Source: an uncultured Candidatus Saccharibacteria bacterium
GTDB taxonomy: Bacteria; Patescibacteriota; Minisyncoccia; Phycocordibacterales; UBA9973
DNA length: 64,000 nt
Assembly: GCA_964505155.1 (NCBI GenBank)
Contig: CAZDGL010000003.1
Location: 5,728 to 69,727 of the forward strand
Reading direction: 5' to 3'
Each line of letters opens with the position of its first letter. Position 1 is the stretch's first letter. Both the position numbers and the translations under genes were made by a program. Positions 10,301 to 18,934 of the stretch are shown here, in pieces. The notes below the pieces were generated by a model, which was not told where the DNA came from, made no database searches, and was given only the letters and a program-made list of their open reading frames with translations.

Positions 10301-13300
10301 CAGGAGCTCTACAAAATACTTCAAGTACTGCTGTAACCTATACAGGTCTTATCACACTCGGAGCAGCAAGTACTATCATTTCTAACTATGGAGATATTAG
10401 TATTACTAATAGCGGAACTATTTCAGGAGCAACATTTGGCCTAACTATTGGGGGAGCGGGCAATGGACTTCTCTTTAGTATTTTGGGTACTACAAGCGGC
10501 ACTCTCACAAAAAACGGTGTAGGAGTTTGGACTCTTTATGGTTCTAGCACTTTTACTGGCACAACTACTATAAGTGCTGGAACTCTCAAGCTTGGTGCTG
10601 CCGGTGGAGCTACAAACACTCCTCTTGGAACTACTGCAGGAGCAACTAGTATTACTAGTGGAGCTGTCCTGGATCTAAATGGTTTTACTCTTGGTACTGC
10701 TGAGCCAGTAACAATTAACGGAACAGGTATTGCAAGTATTGGAGCATTTATAAATAGTTCAAACAATACTATTTCTTATAGTGGAGCTATCACTCTAGGA
10801 GCTGCTTCTCGTGTTGCCAACTATGGTAGTGGGTTAATGACTGTTTCTGGAAACATCTCAGGTAACTTTGCCCTTACAGTTGTAACTGTAGGTAACTTTA
10901 CACAAGCAACAAATAGTGTTTGGTCCGGTTCAGGTTCTCTTGTAAAAGAAGGCTCAGGGACACTTATTTTATCAGGACAAAATAGCACGACTGGTGCAAT
11001 GACTGTTAGTACTGGTAAACTCCAGCTCGGTGCTTCCGGTGGAGCTACAAACACTCCTCTTGGAACAAATGCCGGAGGTGTGACTGTGTCTTCTGGAGCT
11101 GTTCTTGATCTAAGTACATTTTCTTTAGGTGGTGCATCAACATATGAGACACTAAACTTAAGTGGTACCGGTATAAACAATAACGGCGCTTTAACTTTTT
11201 CTGCTTCTACCAACAACAACTTTGGTGCTATGACAGTAGCAGCCAATACCCGTATAATAAACTCTGGTAGTGGCACTGTTACTTTCGGGGGGACAATAAC
11301 AGCTGCCAATGGAATAACTTTGGCTATTGGTGGTACTGGCCCAACGTCTATAACTGGAGTTTTTGGCGCGACAGCAACAACAGCTACTTTGACCAAGTGG
11401 GATGCTGGAACTCTGACTATTAGTGCTGCAAGTATTACTACTGGTTTGGTCCGTATCAACGGAGGAACACTGAGATATGGTGTTGCTGACGCACTCTCTA
11501 CTCCAGCTGTCACAGTAGCTGGCGGTACACTAAACTTGAACGGATTTAGTGAGACAAACATCGGTGCAGTAACTCTTATTGATGGGTCTATAGTAAACAC
11601 CGGTGCCGCCGCAACTCTGACTTCTACTGCGACATATACCCTTGAAAACGGAACTGTCAGTGCTGTTCTCGGTGGTGCCGTTGTAGCTGCTATTGTTAAA
11701 AATACTGCAGGAAGAGTTATCCTCTCAGGAGACAATACCTTCAATGGTACTTCTGCTACTATTGCTATAAATGCTGGATATTTAAATCTGCGTCACAACA
11801 ATGCTTTAGGAGCGGCTGCTAGTGCAAACACAACGACTATTTTAGGAGGGGCAACTCTTGAGCTCGAAAATAGTATCACTATACCAAGTGTCAAAGCTAT
11901 CACTGCAAATGGTACTGGTATGGAAAGAAATGGTGCAATAAGAAATGTTAGCGGAACAAACTCAATCGGTGCAAACATAACCCTAGGTACTACCAATGTC
12001 CGGATAAATTCAGATAGCGGAACTCTTACAATACCTACTGTTTCTGGGAATACTTTCAACTCAATCTTTGGCGGTGCAGGTAATACTACAGTCTCTGGAG
12101 CTATAACTACCACAAGCGGAACTCTTACAAAGGATGGTGCAGGTACACTTACTCTCTCTGGAAATAATACTTATACCGGTACTACAACTTTGATAAATGG
12201 TACTATTGTAGCCAACACTACAAATTCATTGGGAAATGAAAGCTCCACAAATACATTTATTTTTAGAGGCGGTACTTTGCAAGCAACAGGTACTATAACT
12301 TCTGCTGCAACTCGTGCTTTCACTCTAGCTTCAAATGCAACTATAGATACCAATGGCAACAGTGTTAGTATTGCCGGTACTGTAGGATCTATCGGCGGAC
12401 TTACAAAAACTGGTGCTGGTACCTTAACTATCACAGGTGTTACTACAATAGGAGGCAACCTTGCTATATCTTCTGGTACCTTTGTTGCACCAACGACTCT
12501 AACCCTGGGCGGAGACCTAACCAATAGCGGAACATTTACTCATAGTAATGGTACCGTTACAATAGCACCTACTAACTCTACACTAACCACAAATATTTTA
12601 GGTACTTCAGATACTGCGTTTTATAATCTAACCAACAATACTGCTGGCTCAACTATCCAGTTCAAAGCCGGCAACACTTATACTTTTGCCAATACACTAA
12701 TAATAAACGGTAGTGAAGGAAACCCTGTCTCAATAAACTCAGATAGCGCAGGTGTTCAGTGGTTGATGACTCTATCAGGTAGTGCTTCTCTTGCACACCT
12801 AAAAGTTAAAGATTCAGGTTGTAGTGGAGGCAACACCGTCTCAGCTAGTGGAAATGTTTATGACTATGGAAACAATGGTATATGTTGGTCATTTATATCT
12901 CCTGGATTTAAGCGAGGGGGAGATTCTATAGAGTCTTCTGCTGCTCCAAGTGGCCAAGTAGGTGGCGGAGGTAGTGGTGGTAGCGGTGGTGGCGGAGTTA
13001 GTTATGCAGTAGCCACTGCTGTAGTTTCTTCAAACGTTGTACAAAGTGTCACTATAGATTCTGGGGGTAGTGGTTATACCTTTGCGCCTACAGTACTGTT
13101 TTGTGGTGGTGGTGGCTCTGGTGCTTTAGGTACTGCAGTTTTGACAGGTGATGCTGTTTCAAGTGTGACAGTAGATAACGGTGGCTCTGGATACTCTAGT
13201 GTTCCTACAGTAGTGTTCAACAGTAACTGTCCTACTTCTGGTGGTAGCGGTGGCGGAGGTGGTGGGGGAGATATAGGATTTTTGTATCAAAGAAGAAGAT

Positions 13301-13380
13301 TCTTTGCTTTGTATAATCCTATAAATATAACTATTTTCAACTTCCTTTCTCAGGCATTTGTTCTCCAACCTAAGATTTAA
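4339..13380 (+). CDS. Giant (~3010 aa) secreted autotransporter-associated beta-strand-repeat adhesin-like protein, with no C-terminal beta-barrel
   Basis: Signal peptide ending SYA-ATRTWTG. Many (L/V)TKxGxGTLxLsgxNtYtGxTtixxGtL repeats. C-terminal GSGY-type repeats and poly-Gly. ATG 4339 preferred over 4258. Confidence 0.9.
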   Translation: MNVAIKKILKPLAIIFAATFVFCFFSSEYSYAATRTWTGATSGSWSVGSNWSGGVAPVTGDDLVFPGGASNLSNTNDLTENTIINSITISGSGYTLSGNPIILGPGLAGLTDSASSGGNTVALDIRLDATRDIFVTNSGETLTISGRIAGVGGINKEGTGKLVLSGANTFGGILKINVGIVNAQNNTALGTIAAGTEVVGNAALELQGNIDISYEALALRGYGVSSTGALRNISGTNTYRGLITLSSAGGTEIASDSGTLTITGGMSGAFPLVIDGSGDVTYSTTPIATGSGTVTKNGSGTLTYNFPNTYSGLTTINAGTLLYGVDNAILTGAITVTGGTLDIATYSDMVGSVVVGTLDLASGTITGSTGVLSSAAWTVYNGTISAIIAGYAGTLTKSTTGTVVLTRANQFTGNTTISAGILEIQNSTSLGFIDGITTVSAGATLQINGSGLSIPEYITFSGTGHLYTGAIRNMGGDNTLTGLLTLGAAARIKSDASTTLTIDSKGLSATTLGLTIGGAGNTTFTSTAPIYGTTATLTKQDSGVLTMQAFNNFTGATNLNRGEIVLSSTGAMPNSTITVGSGGTLTLDNSSTTLLNRISDSAALTMNGGSFNFIGNATGTALENAGALTIASGHNTVTVTPGAGGPTTMNFASLSRTAGATVLFRGTNLGSNPAPNISTIMFTSAPAVLGGGGGAGTTTASIIKGAFGDSSLSGTGSDMVTYNLGNTNGLRLLNGAGFSGEYAFTLATNANVKLVADTVASTSSINSLILDGFSITNPGSAQTITLSSGSLAGNILMNSATSIAGANTTLGITTNHLDILTTASATISAVIGTAVAGSVAISGTGSATVSAANLYTGTTFINNATLFAGATNALSSGGVTVVGGTYDLGNFNDTVGAVILQNGTITSGSGTLSGTSYSLREGTVSAILGGGAATVTRIATSAAADSVVTMTRDNTYTGTTTITSGILKLGAAGGGTNTPLGTTGGGTLIASGGALDLNGYTLGTAEAITSLAGTGFGASGSSNMGAIMNSSASPASYSGALTLTAAARINADAGALTISGNASGNFALTFGGFSDITYSGVRSGTSTIVKDGVNTLTLSSGSSSYTGATTISAGTVKVGAASVGGTNSPLGTTGGATTVALGSRLDLNGFNLGIAEPLTLNGVGYGLGDFASGALVNSSGSTVTYSGLITLGSASTIKADSGTVNLTAAGTISGATFGLTLGGAGTGTLSSIIGTTTGTVTKIDTGTWTISGVSTYTGATTVSRGTLRLGGGAGGPTNSVLGTTGGATSVLSGAVLDLNGITLGIAESLTINGRGIDDGGALIGGAVTWPGTVAQATDSRITSSSGTLTITGAVSGAFALYVGGAGNTTFSTATGTAGLSLTKQGAGTLTLTGTNTHTGATRVESGTLAYAASTTLAATALTVLGGTFNSGANADTIGAVTLIGGTITNSAALTGTAYTFEGGNISGILAGAIAVTKNTNNTVTLSGVNTISSTITINAGTLTFSGSGSATSVTGVTVNLGGTLTLDNSTTAVADRLNGTGGTNAIVLTMNGGNFNFIGNGAAASSETLGQLALASGHNIVTVTPGAGGSTTLTFATNPGFNRTAGATVLFRGTNFGSNSGANVSTLVFSTTPTLTGAGGASGSATVSIIKGAFGDSSLSGTGSDMVTYQGGTGLRLLNGAGFANEYSGDFQTANANVKLTADRAAVATNTNSLILNGFSVTNPGGAVTIPMASASLSGNILINSTNNIAGANTTLGITTFELPILATASSTISATIGTATTGSLTLSGSGNVTLTATNAYTGTTFINNAILTSGANNVLSSGGVTVVGGTYNLNGNSDTVGSISINAGTIATGAGTLTGNGTFTTVANANFASIITGNLGLGANATFTINDGLMDNDAVISAVISGGFTFAKAGNGILELSGSNSYTGTTTISGGILRLGASGGATNTPLGTTAGGTTVSGASSALDLNGYSLGTSEALTLSGALATGALQNTSSTAVTYTGLITLGAASTIISNYGDISITNSGTISGATFGLTIGGAGNGLLFSILGTTSGTLTKNGVGVWTLYGSSTFTGTTTISAGTLKLGAAGGATNTPLGTTAGATSITSGAVLDLNGFTLGTAEPVTINGTGIASIGAFINSSNNTISYSGAITLGAASRVANYGSGLMTVSGNISGNFALTVVTVGNFTQATNSVWSGSGSLVKEGSGTLILSGQNSTTGAMTVSTGKLQLGASGGATNTPLGTNAGGVTVSSGAVLDLSTFSLGGASTYETLNLSGTGINNNGALTFSASTNNNFGAMTVAANTRIINSGSGTVTFGGTITAANGITLAIGGTGPTSITGVFGATATTATLTKWDAGTLTISAASITTGLVRINGGTLRYGVADALSTPAVTVAGGTLNLNGFSETNIGAVTLIDGSIVNTGAAATLTSTATYTLENGTVSAVLGGAVVAAIVKNTAGRVILSGDNTFNGTSATIAINAGYLNLRHNNALGAAASANTTTILGGATLELENSITIPSVKAITANGTGMERNGAIRNVSGTNSIGANITLGTTNVRINSDSGTLTIPTVSGNTFNSIFGGAGNTTVSGAITTTSGTLTKDGAGTLTLSGNNTYTGTTTLINGTIVANTTNSLGNESSTNTFIFRGGTLQATGTITSAATRAFTLASNATIDTNGNSVSIAGTVGSIGGLTKTGAGTLTITGVTTIGGNLAISSGTFVAPTTLTLGGDLTNSGTFTHSNGTVTIAPTNSTLTTNILGTSDTAFYNLTNNTAGSTIQFKAGNTYTFANTLIINGSEGNPVSINSDSAGVQWLMTLSGSASLAHLKVKDSGCSGGNTVSASGNVYDYGNNGICWSFISPGFKRGGDSIESSAAPSGQVGGGGSGGSGGGGVSYAVATAVVSSNVVQSVTIDSGGSGYTFAPTVLFCGGGGSGALGTAVLTGDAVSSVTVDNGGSGYSSVPTVVFNSNCPTSGGSGGGGGGGDIGFLYQRRRFFALYNPINITIFNFLSQAFVLQPKI
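10159..11066 (+). repeat. Three near-identical 38-bp segments at exact 435-bp (145-aa) spacing inside the giant gene
   Basis: GGTGCT(T/G)CCGGTGGAGCTACAAACACTCCTCTTGGAAC at 10159, 10594 and 11029. Confidence 0.85.
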
Positions 13381-13409
13381 TTGCTCAAAAAAAATATTTG
13401 ACGTATAAT
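13381..13409 (+). promoter_or_regulatory. Sigma70-type promoter
   Basis: TTGCTC-17 bp-TATAAT. Confidence 0.55.
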
Positions 13410-13435
13410 CTTAGAGCTTAACATTTATATTGTTT

Positions 13436-13846
13436 ATGACTAAGAAAAGTTTTAAAAATATTTCTCTAGCGGTAATTATCCTGATTGTTCTATCTTTAGG
13501 TGGATTTTTTTACTATAAACTGCAAAAAATGAAAAAAAATAGTGCTGACATGGTCAAAAAAGAATCTCAGGAACTTTTAAGTAAGGTTTCAAGACTCTAC
13601 TTAGTATCTACAAAAGAAGAACCCACTATCGCTACTGTTTCTGACCCTGATAAACTAAAAGATCAAGCATTTTTCTCTGAATCAAAAAAAGGTGACAAGG
13701 TCCTTATCTTTACCCAAGCAGGAAAAGCTGTACTTTATCGTCCAGATATAGACAAAATAATAGCCATTGCTCCTTTTGATACTAGTAACAACTCAGGGAC
13801 AAACCCTACACCAGATAATAAAGCAACTACCAACTCTGGCAACTAG
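13436..13846 (+). CDS. Hypothetical single-TM protein
   Basis: N-terminal TM, then EEPTIATVSDPDKLKDQAFF..GDKVLIF..KAVLYRP, a pattern I associate with CPR surface loci. Confidence 0.75.
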   Translation: MTKKSFKNISLAVIILIVLSLGGFFYYKLQKMKKNSADMVKKESQELLSKVSRLYLVSTKEEPTIATVSDPDKLKDQAFFSESKKGDKVLIFTQAGKAVLYRPDIDKIIAIAPFDTSNNSGTNPTPDNKATTNSGN

Positions 13847-13873
13847 GTTTGATTATCGTGTTATTATATATCT

Positions 13874-14881
13874 ATGTTTAGAGTGCCTTATTTAGTTAAA
13901 AAAATATTTGGCGTTATTTTCCTTTTAGTTTTTTTTATAACTTCGTTTGCTTATTCTGCGGATATGACCAGTTCTAGTTTTATTATTCGTGATCCATTGG
14001 TTGGGACAGGTGGATCTTACGGCTCTTCTGCTAGTTTCCAAGCTTTTGGTTCAGGAGATATGACTACTATCGGTAGGTCTACCTCCGCTAGTTTTGAAGG
14101 TAGATATGGATTTTTATGGTTTCCTTATGTAACTCAGGGTACGTTTACAGCTACTCCAAATGGCTCTCAGGCAGATCTTGCTTGGGGCGCTTCCACAGCT
14201 GGACTTGGTTGGAGTGTCTCTGGTTATAAAACAGGGATTAAACCCTCTGGTGGATCGTACTCTTATACTACACATGGTCTTATAACTAGTTATTCTTATA
14301 CAGGGCTTACTCCGGGGGGATACTGTTTTGTACTACAAACTTTAGATGCTTTCAGCAATGTCATAGCAACTTCAAGCGAAGAGTGTATAACCATACAAAC
14401 AGTTCTAACTTTCTCTGTTTCGTCTAGCTCTATAGGATTTGGGACTTTGTCTGCTTCCGGTCCAAGATATGCAACCACAAGTGGCGGTAGTGGGTCAAAC
14501 TCAGTCGCTCATACAATGTCAGCTTCAAGCAATGCAGGTAGTGGATATACAATAACTTATTTTGGACCAACATTAACTAGTGGTTCAAATACTATAACTC
14601 CTGCAACTATTACAAATGATGCTGATGGTACTCCAGGGTCAAGTCAATTTGCCCTTTCTCTTTCTTCTTCGGGAAGTGCTAGTATCACTTCGGCTTACAA
14701 CCAATCAAGTGGATCAGGAAATTGGAAGTTCGTAGCTAGTACAGTGGAACCGATAGCAAGTACGAGCGGAGTGACCTCTTCGGAGACTTTTAGCAACAGA
14801 TATTTGTCAAATATTTCCTCACTAACTCCAGCTGGTAGCTATGCCACAGATATCACCTACGTAATAAGTGCCAATTTCTAG
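13874..14881 (+). CDS. Secreted protein with an FN3-like domain and a C-terminal WxL/pilin-like domain
   Basis: Signal peptide. FN3-like segment (LAWGAS..GYK..YSYTGLTPGGYCF). C-terminus AGSYATDITYVISANF. Paralogous to the next ORF over the last ~160 aa. Confidence 0.75.
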   Translation: MFRVPYLVKKIFGVIFLLVFFITSFAYSADMTSSSFIIRDPLVGTGGSYGSSASFQAFGSGDMTTIGRSTSASFEGRYGFLWFPYVTQGTFTATPNGSQADLAWGASTAGLGWSVSGYKTGIKPSGGSYSYTTHGLITSYSYTGLTPGGYCFVLQTLDAFSNVIATSSEECITIQTVLTFSVSSSSIGFGTLSASGPRYATTSGGSGSNSVAHTMSASSNAGSGYTITYFGPTLTSGSNTITPATITNDADGTPGSSQFALSLSSSGSASITSAYNQSSGSGNWKFVASTVEPIASTSGVTSSETFSNRYLSNISSLTPAGSYATDITYVISANF

Positions 14882-14886
14882 AAAAC

Positions 14887-14895
14887 TGTGGATAA
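14887..14895 (-). promoter_or_regulatory. Single perfect DnaA box
   Basis: TGTGGATAA (=TTATCCACA) just upstream of the TTGATT-17-TATACT promoter of the next gene. Confidence 0.4.
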
Positions 14896-14996
14896 CTATA
14901 CGTTTTTGATTGATTAGATCTTTCAATATTGTTATACTATAAGTAAGTACTAGGTAAGTGCTTAAATTATTATAAATAAAATTAAATTTTTAAATT

Positions 14997-16085
14997 ATGT
15001 TAAAGAAAATTATTAGTTCTATCTCTATCTTGGCTTTTGTATTTGGTACATTGGCATACAACCCTTTTACAGCAGTCGCAGCTCAGTTTACTGGAGTCAA
15101 AGACACTCTTTCTACTGTTACAGTTAATACAACAGCAACTCACGTCATAACAGCAACTCTTGTTGGCGGAGACACTTTTGCTGCTGCTGAAACCCTAACC
15201 TACGATTTCGTAGATGCTGATTTTACCCTTAACGCTATTGGTTCTTGGCAGACAGCAGACTTTTCTTTCAACGATGGTACAGCTCGAACAATCACCGCAG
15301 TCTCATCTTCAAGTGGTGTTGATCCTACATGTACAGCAGGTGTTAACAACGTAGCTGTTACTATAAACACATCAACAAACAACTTTAAAGTTACTGCTTG
15401 TAGTACTTATACAGCTTCTTCAGCTAACGCTACAGTTACCTTTACTATCAATGGAACAACAGCTTCTGGTACAGGAACAATGACCAACAAATCTTCAGAT
15501 GTAGACTCTTCTACATTCTCTATAACAGAATCAAACGGAGATACTGCAAGTGGCGCAGTTGTTGCTGAAACTAACGGTACAGTTAACATCACTGCTACTG
15601 TTTCTCCTACACTTACCTTTGCAAATGATGACGCTTCTGTTGGATTTGGAACACTTACTTCTGGTGCAGCAAGATGGGCTAACGGTGCTGCGACTGGATC
15701 TGCTTCTACAACAACAGCTCATACTATGACGATAGGAACAAATGCTCCTACTGGATACACACTTACCTATAACGGTCCAACTCTAACTTCTGGAGGAAAT
15801 ACAATAGCACCTGCAACTATCTCTGGTGATGCTGATGGTACCCCTGGATCAAGCCAATTTGCTCTTGGTGTGACTGTGACAGGTACAGGAACAGCTTCTG
15901 CTGGTTATCAAACTGCTTCAGACAACTATAACTTTGTAGCTTCGACTGTTTCTCAGGTAGCAGCTGCAACAGCTCCTGTTTCTTCTGATACAGTGGCAGT
16001 AAGATACTTAGCAAACGTATCAGCTTCTCAAGCAGCTGGTAGTTATGCTACAAACCTAGACTGGGTTGTTACTGGTAACTTCTAA
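14997..16085 (+). CDS. Secreted WxL/pilin-like structural protein
   Basis: Signal peptide, Thr/Ala/Ser-rich, C-terminus AGSYATNLDWVVTGNF, own promoter at about 14910. Confidence 0.75.
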   Translation: MLKKIISSISILAFVFGTLAYNPFTAVAAQFTGVKDTLSTVTVNTTATHVITATLVGGDTFAAAETLTYDFVDADFTLNAIGSWQTADFSFNDGTARTITAVSSSSGVDPTCTAGVNNVAVTINTSTNNFKVTACSTYTASSANATVTFTINGTTASGTGTMTNKSSDVDSSTFSITESNGDTASGAVVAETNGTVNITATVSPTLTFANDDASVGFGTLTSGAARWANGAATGSASTTTAHTMTIGTNAPTGYTLTYNGPTLTSGGNTIAPATISGDADGTPGSSQFALGVTVTGTGTASAGYQTASDNYNFVASTVSQVAAATAPVSSDTVAVRYLANVSASQAAGSYATNLDWVVTGNF

Positions 16086-16115
16086 AAAGATTTATTAACT
16101 TAAAAAAGAGAGTTT

Positions 16116-17129
16116 ATGGTAAGAAAAATACTTTTAACGATTGGAGTATCGCTTTTAGCAACATGCTTTTTGGCTACTAAAAGTGCTTACGCCCTTACCA
16201 TAACTCCTATACGTTATGAGATATCAGGAAATCCTGGGGAAACTGTTACTCAAAAAATGGGTCTCGTAAACGAGACCAACAAAACTCAAACATTCTTTGC
16301 TTCGTTTGAAAACTTTGAAGCTCAAGGTGATACAGGAAGTCCTAGTTTTGTGGAAGCAAAAGATGGCCTAGGTACATGGATGACAACAGAGCAGGCCTCT
16401 ATCACACTTGCCCCTGGTGCTCAAAAAGAAATGTCTTTTAGCATTAAGATACCAAAAGATGCAGAACCAGGAGGGTATTTTGCAGCTATTTTTTGGGGAA
16501 CATCTCCAGGAGGTAATGCTCCAGGACAAGTTTCTATAGGAACCAAAACTGGCCTTCTCATACTTTTGACCGTTAACGGAGATATTAGAGAACAAGCTGG
16601 ACTTGTAGATTTTGAGCTTCATAACAACAAACATTTTTATAAAATGTTGCCTGTTGGGTTTCAATATAGATTTTCAAACCAAGGAAATGATAGAGTAAAG
16701 CCAAAAGGCGATATTGTTATCCGTAGTATATTTGGATGGGTTGCAAAAAGAGTCAATGCAAATCCTTATGATGGTAACGTTCTTCCTGGTACTACTAGAA
16801 AATTCTCACCAGAGTGGAGCAAAAGAGACTCTGTAGAAGTCAGAGATCAAGAAATTTCTCGAAACGAGTCATATTCTTTCAAGAAAGCTGTGGGTGATCA
16901 ATGGCACAATTTTGCTTTTGGGATTTTTAGAGCAAAGGTAGTAGCTAGTTTTGGTGTTGCAAACCAGGTAGCAAAAAGTCAGGCTGTTTATTTTGTAGTT
17001 TTCCCTTGGGAGTTGATTTTGGTAATTATAGTTTTAGCTATTCCAGTCTATTTTATACTTAGAGCTTTGCTCAAAAGGTATAACAGAGCTGTTATTAGAA
17101 GAGCACAGAAGCAGATGGGTATGCGCTAA
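16116..17129 (+). CDS. DUF916/WxL-interacting (PapD-like Ig fold) membrane-anchored protein
   Basis: Signal peptide; LTITPIRYEISGNPGE..KIPKDAEPGGYFAAIF..FSNQGNDRVKPKG; C-terminal FPW + TM + basic tail. Confidence 0.7.
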   Translation: MVRKILLTIGVSLLATCFLATKSAYALTITPIRYEISGNPGETVTQKMGLVNETNKTQTFFASFENFEAQGDTGSPSFVEAKDGLGTWMTTEQASITLAPGAQKEMSFSIKIPKDAEPGGYFAAIFWGTSPGGNAPGQVSIGTKTGLLILLTVNGDIREQAGLVDFELHNNKHFYKMLPVGFQYRFSNQGNDRVKPKGDIVIRSIFGWVAKRVNANPYDGNVLPGTTRKFSPEWSKRDSVEVRDQEISRNESYSFKKAVGDQWHNFAFGIFRAKVVASFGVANQVAKSQAVYFVVFPWELILVIIVLAIPVYFILRALLKRYNRAVIRRAQKQMGMR

Positions 17130-18025
17130 TGATTTATGATTTTGTTATGCCTTTCAAAACTAAGCACATTATCGTATTAAGTTCAGTATTTGTTTTACTA
17201 ACTTCTTTTTTTCTATATAAAAATTTAAATGCTCAAACCTTAACAGAATCAGAAACAGTTTCTATAGGAGCGATAGTGGGTAGTATTCCTAGTATAGATA
17301 CAGGTCCAGGAGGTGGAACGTATCAAAGCGGCGTACGTTTTTCAGGACTTGCTTATCCAAAGGCCTTGGTCACAGTTCAAAAAAGAGATACTACTTTTGT
17401 GACAGTTGTAGCAGATGAAACAGGAGCTTTTTCTATTCTTGTTCCAGAAACTTCTTGGCAGTTGTTTACCTTATTTGCTGTTGATACAAAAGGTCGCAAA
17501 TCAACACTCTTAAATTTCCCAACTATTTTGTACAGTGGTTATATAACAGATATATCAGGTATAAGATTTGCCCCTACTTTGGTCACTGATAAAATATCTG
17601 TAAAAAGAGGTGACTTTATAACGTTTTCTGGGTCTGCTCTACCAAATAAAGAAGTAGAAGTTTCTTTTGAGGGGGAAGAATCAAAAACTTTTTATCTTAC
17701 TTCTGATGAGCTTGGGTTTTTTAGCGCTACAGTTCCTCTTGATTTAAAAAATGGAGAATACGTAGTTAGAGCTTTTTATTCTAAAGACTCAAGAACCAGT
17801 AAGGCCCTTAGAATAACTATAGGAAACTCTACAATACTACGAAACGAAGCTACAAATAACATACCAGGGGATTGTAACTTTGATCAAAATATCACACTTG
17901 TTGATTTTTCAGTTTTGGCCTTTTGGTACGGCAAGCAAAACCCGCCCAAGTGTGTTGACGCAAACTCTGATAGAATAGTAAATCTAATAGACTTCAGTAT
18001 AGTTGCTTTTTATTGGAATGGTTAA
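17129..18025 (+). CDS. Ig-like domain protein with a C-terminal dockerin
   Basis: Duplicated Ca-binding loops GDCNFDQNITLVDFSVL and VDANSDRIVNLIDFSIV. Confidence 0.8.
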   Translation: MIYDFVMPFKTKHIIVLSSVFVLLTSFFLYKNLNAQTLTESETVSIGAIVGSIPSIDTGPGGGTYQSGVRFSGLAYPKALVTVQKRDTTFVTVVADETGAFSILVPETSWQLFTLFAVDTKGRKSTLLNFPTILYSGYITDISGIRFAPTLVTDKISVKRGDFITFSGSALPNKEVEVSFEGEESKTFYLTSDELGFFSATVPLDLKNGEYVVRAFYSKDSRTSKALRITIGNSTILRNEATNNIPGDCNFDQNITLVDFSVLAFWYGKQNPPKCVDANSDRIVNLIDFSIVAFYWNG

Positions 18026-18028
18026 AAT

Positions 18029-18934
18029 ATGAATCAGAAAAAATACAAAAAAATAAATTTAATTGTTATTCTAGTTTTAGGTATTTTTCTCTTACCTTTT
18101 AAAGTCGCCACAGCTTCTTTACTCGAGTTTTCTGCTTTGGAAAAAGTCTCTGTCAATGAAAAATTTTATTTAGATATTTTGGTTGATCCAGAATCTCAAA
18201 GTATAAACTCAGTCGGGGCATCTGTTCTTTTTGATCCAGAACTATTCACATATTTAGGATTTAGTTCGAAGCAAAGCAGTATCCCTGTTTGGGTAGAAGA
18301 GCCAAAACAAGAAAAACTAGGAACTATAAAATTTTCAGGAGTTATCCCAGGAGGTATAGAAAGAATCTATGATCCACTAAACACAGGACAAAGATCAATC
18401 CCTATCGTGAGATTGTTTTTTGCAGGTAAACAAGAAGGTTATGGAACCTTTACTTTTTCTGATGCTGTAGTTTTGAAAAATGACGGGCTAGGAACTACGA
18501 CTAAACTATCAGTAAAGAGCAAGTCTGTTTCAGTTACAAAAGGAAATTCTCTAAATGATGCTCAAAAAGATTTGGTTAACCCAGAGCCTTTTTCTATAAA
18601 GATAATAGAGCGATCTATCTTTGGGAGGTCTCCAAGGCTTGCCGTTTTTTCTTCAAATGATGAGGGGGGCGGTATAGAGCGTTATGAAGTCTCTATTTCA
18701 GGGGGTCCTTTTAAAATCTCTTCCAGCCCCGTTCCTTTGCCGTATAAATTGTTCTCATATGAGTTTATTGTTAGAGCTTATGATTATTCGGGTAATTTTA
18801 GAGAGCAAAAGATTTTGGTCTCCGGAGAGAAGATTTATGGCGCTGGTGGCATCATAGTTATTTTTATACTGATTCTTGGCTTTATTCGTTATAAATTTTA
18901 TAATAAGAAGAGGATAAACAATGAAAAGATTTAG
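18029..18934 (+). CDS. Cohesin-domain protein with C-terminal TM anchor
   Basis: SINSVGASVLFDP..SSIPVWVEEP..GTIKFSGVIPGG..VLKNDGLG; C-terminal TM. Confidence 0.7.
   Translation: MNQKKYKKINLIVILVLGIFLLPFKVATASLLEFSALEKVSVNEKFYLDILVDPESQSINSVGASVLFDPELFTYLGFSSKQSSIPVWVEEPKQEKLGTIKFSGVIPGGIERIYDPLNTGQRSIPIVRLFFAGKQEGYGTFTFSDAVVLKNDGLGTTTKLSVKSKSVSVTKGNSLNDAQKDLVNPEPFSIKIIERSIFGRSPRLAVFSSNDEGGGIERYEVSISGGPFKISSSPVPLPYKLFSYEFIVRAYDYSGNFREQKILVSGEKIYGAGGIIVIFILILGFIRYKFYNKKRINNEKI

Noticed and set aside
4428-13368. Many long minus-strand ORFs inside the giant gene
   Set aside because: Antisense shadows of Gly/Thr/Ala-rich codons; no independent coding signal.
14887-14895. Replication origin
   Set aside because: Only one DnaA box, and no dnaA/dnaN or box cluster.
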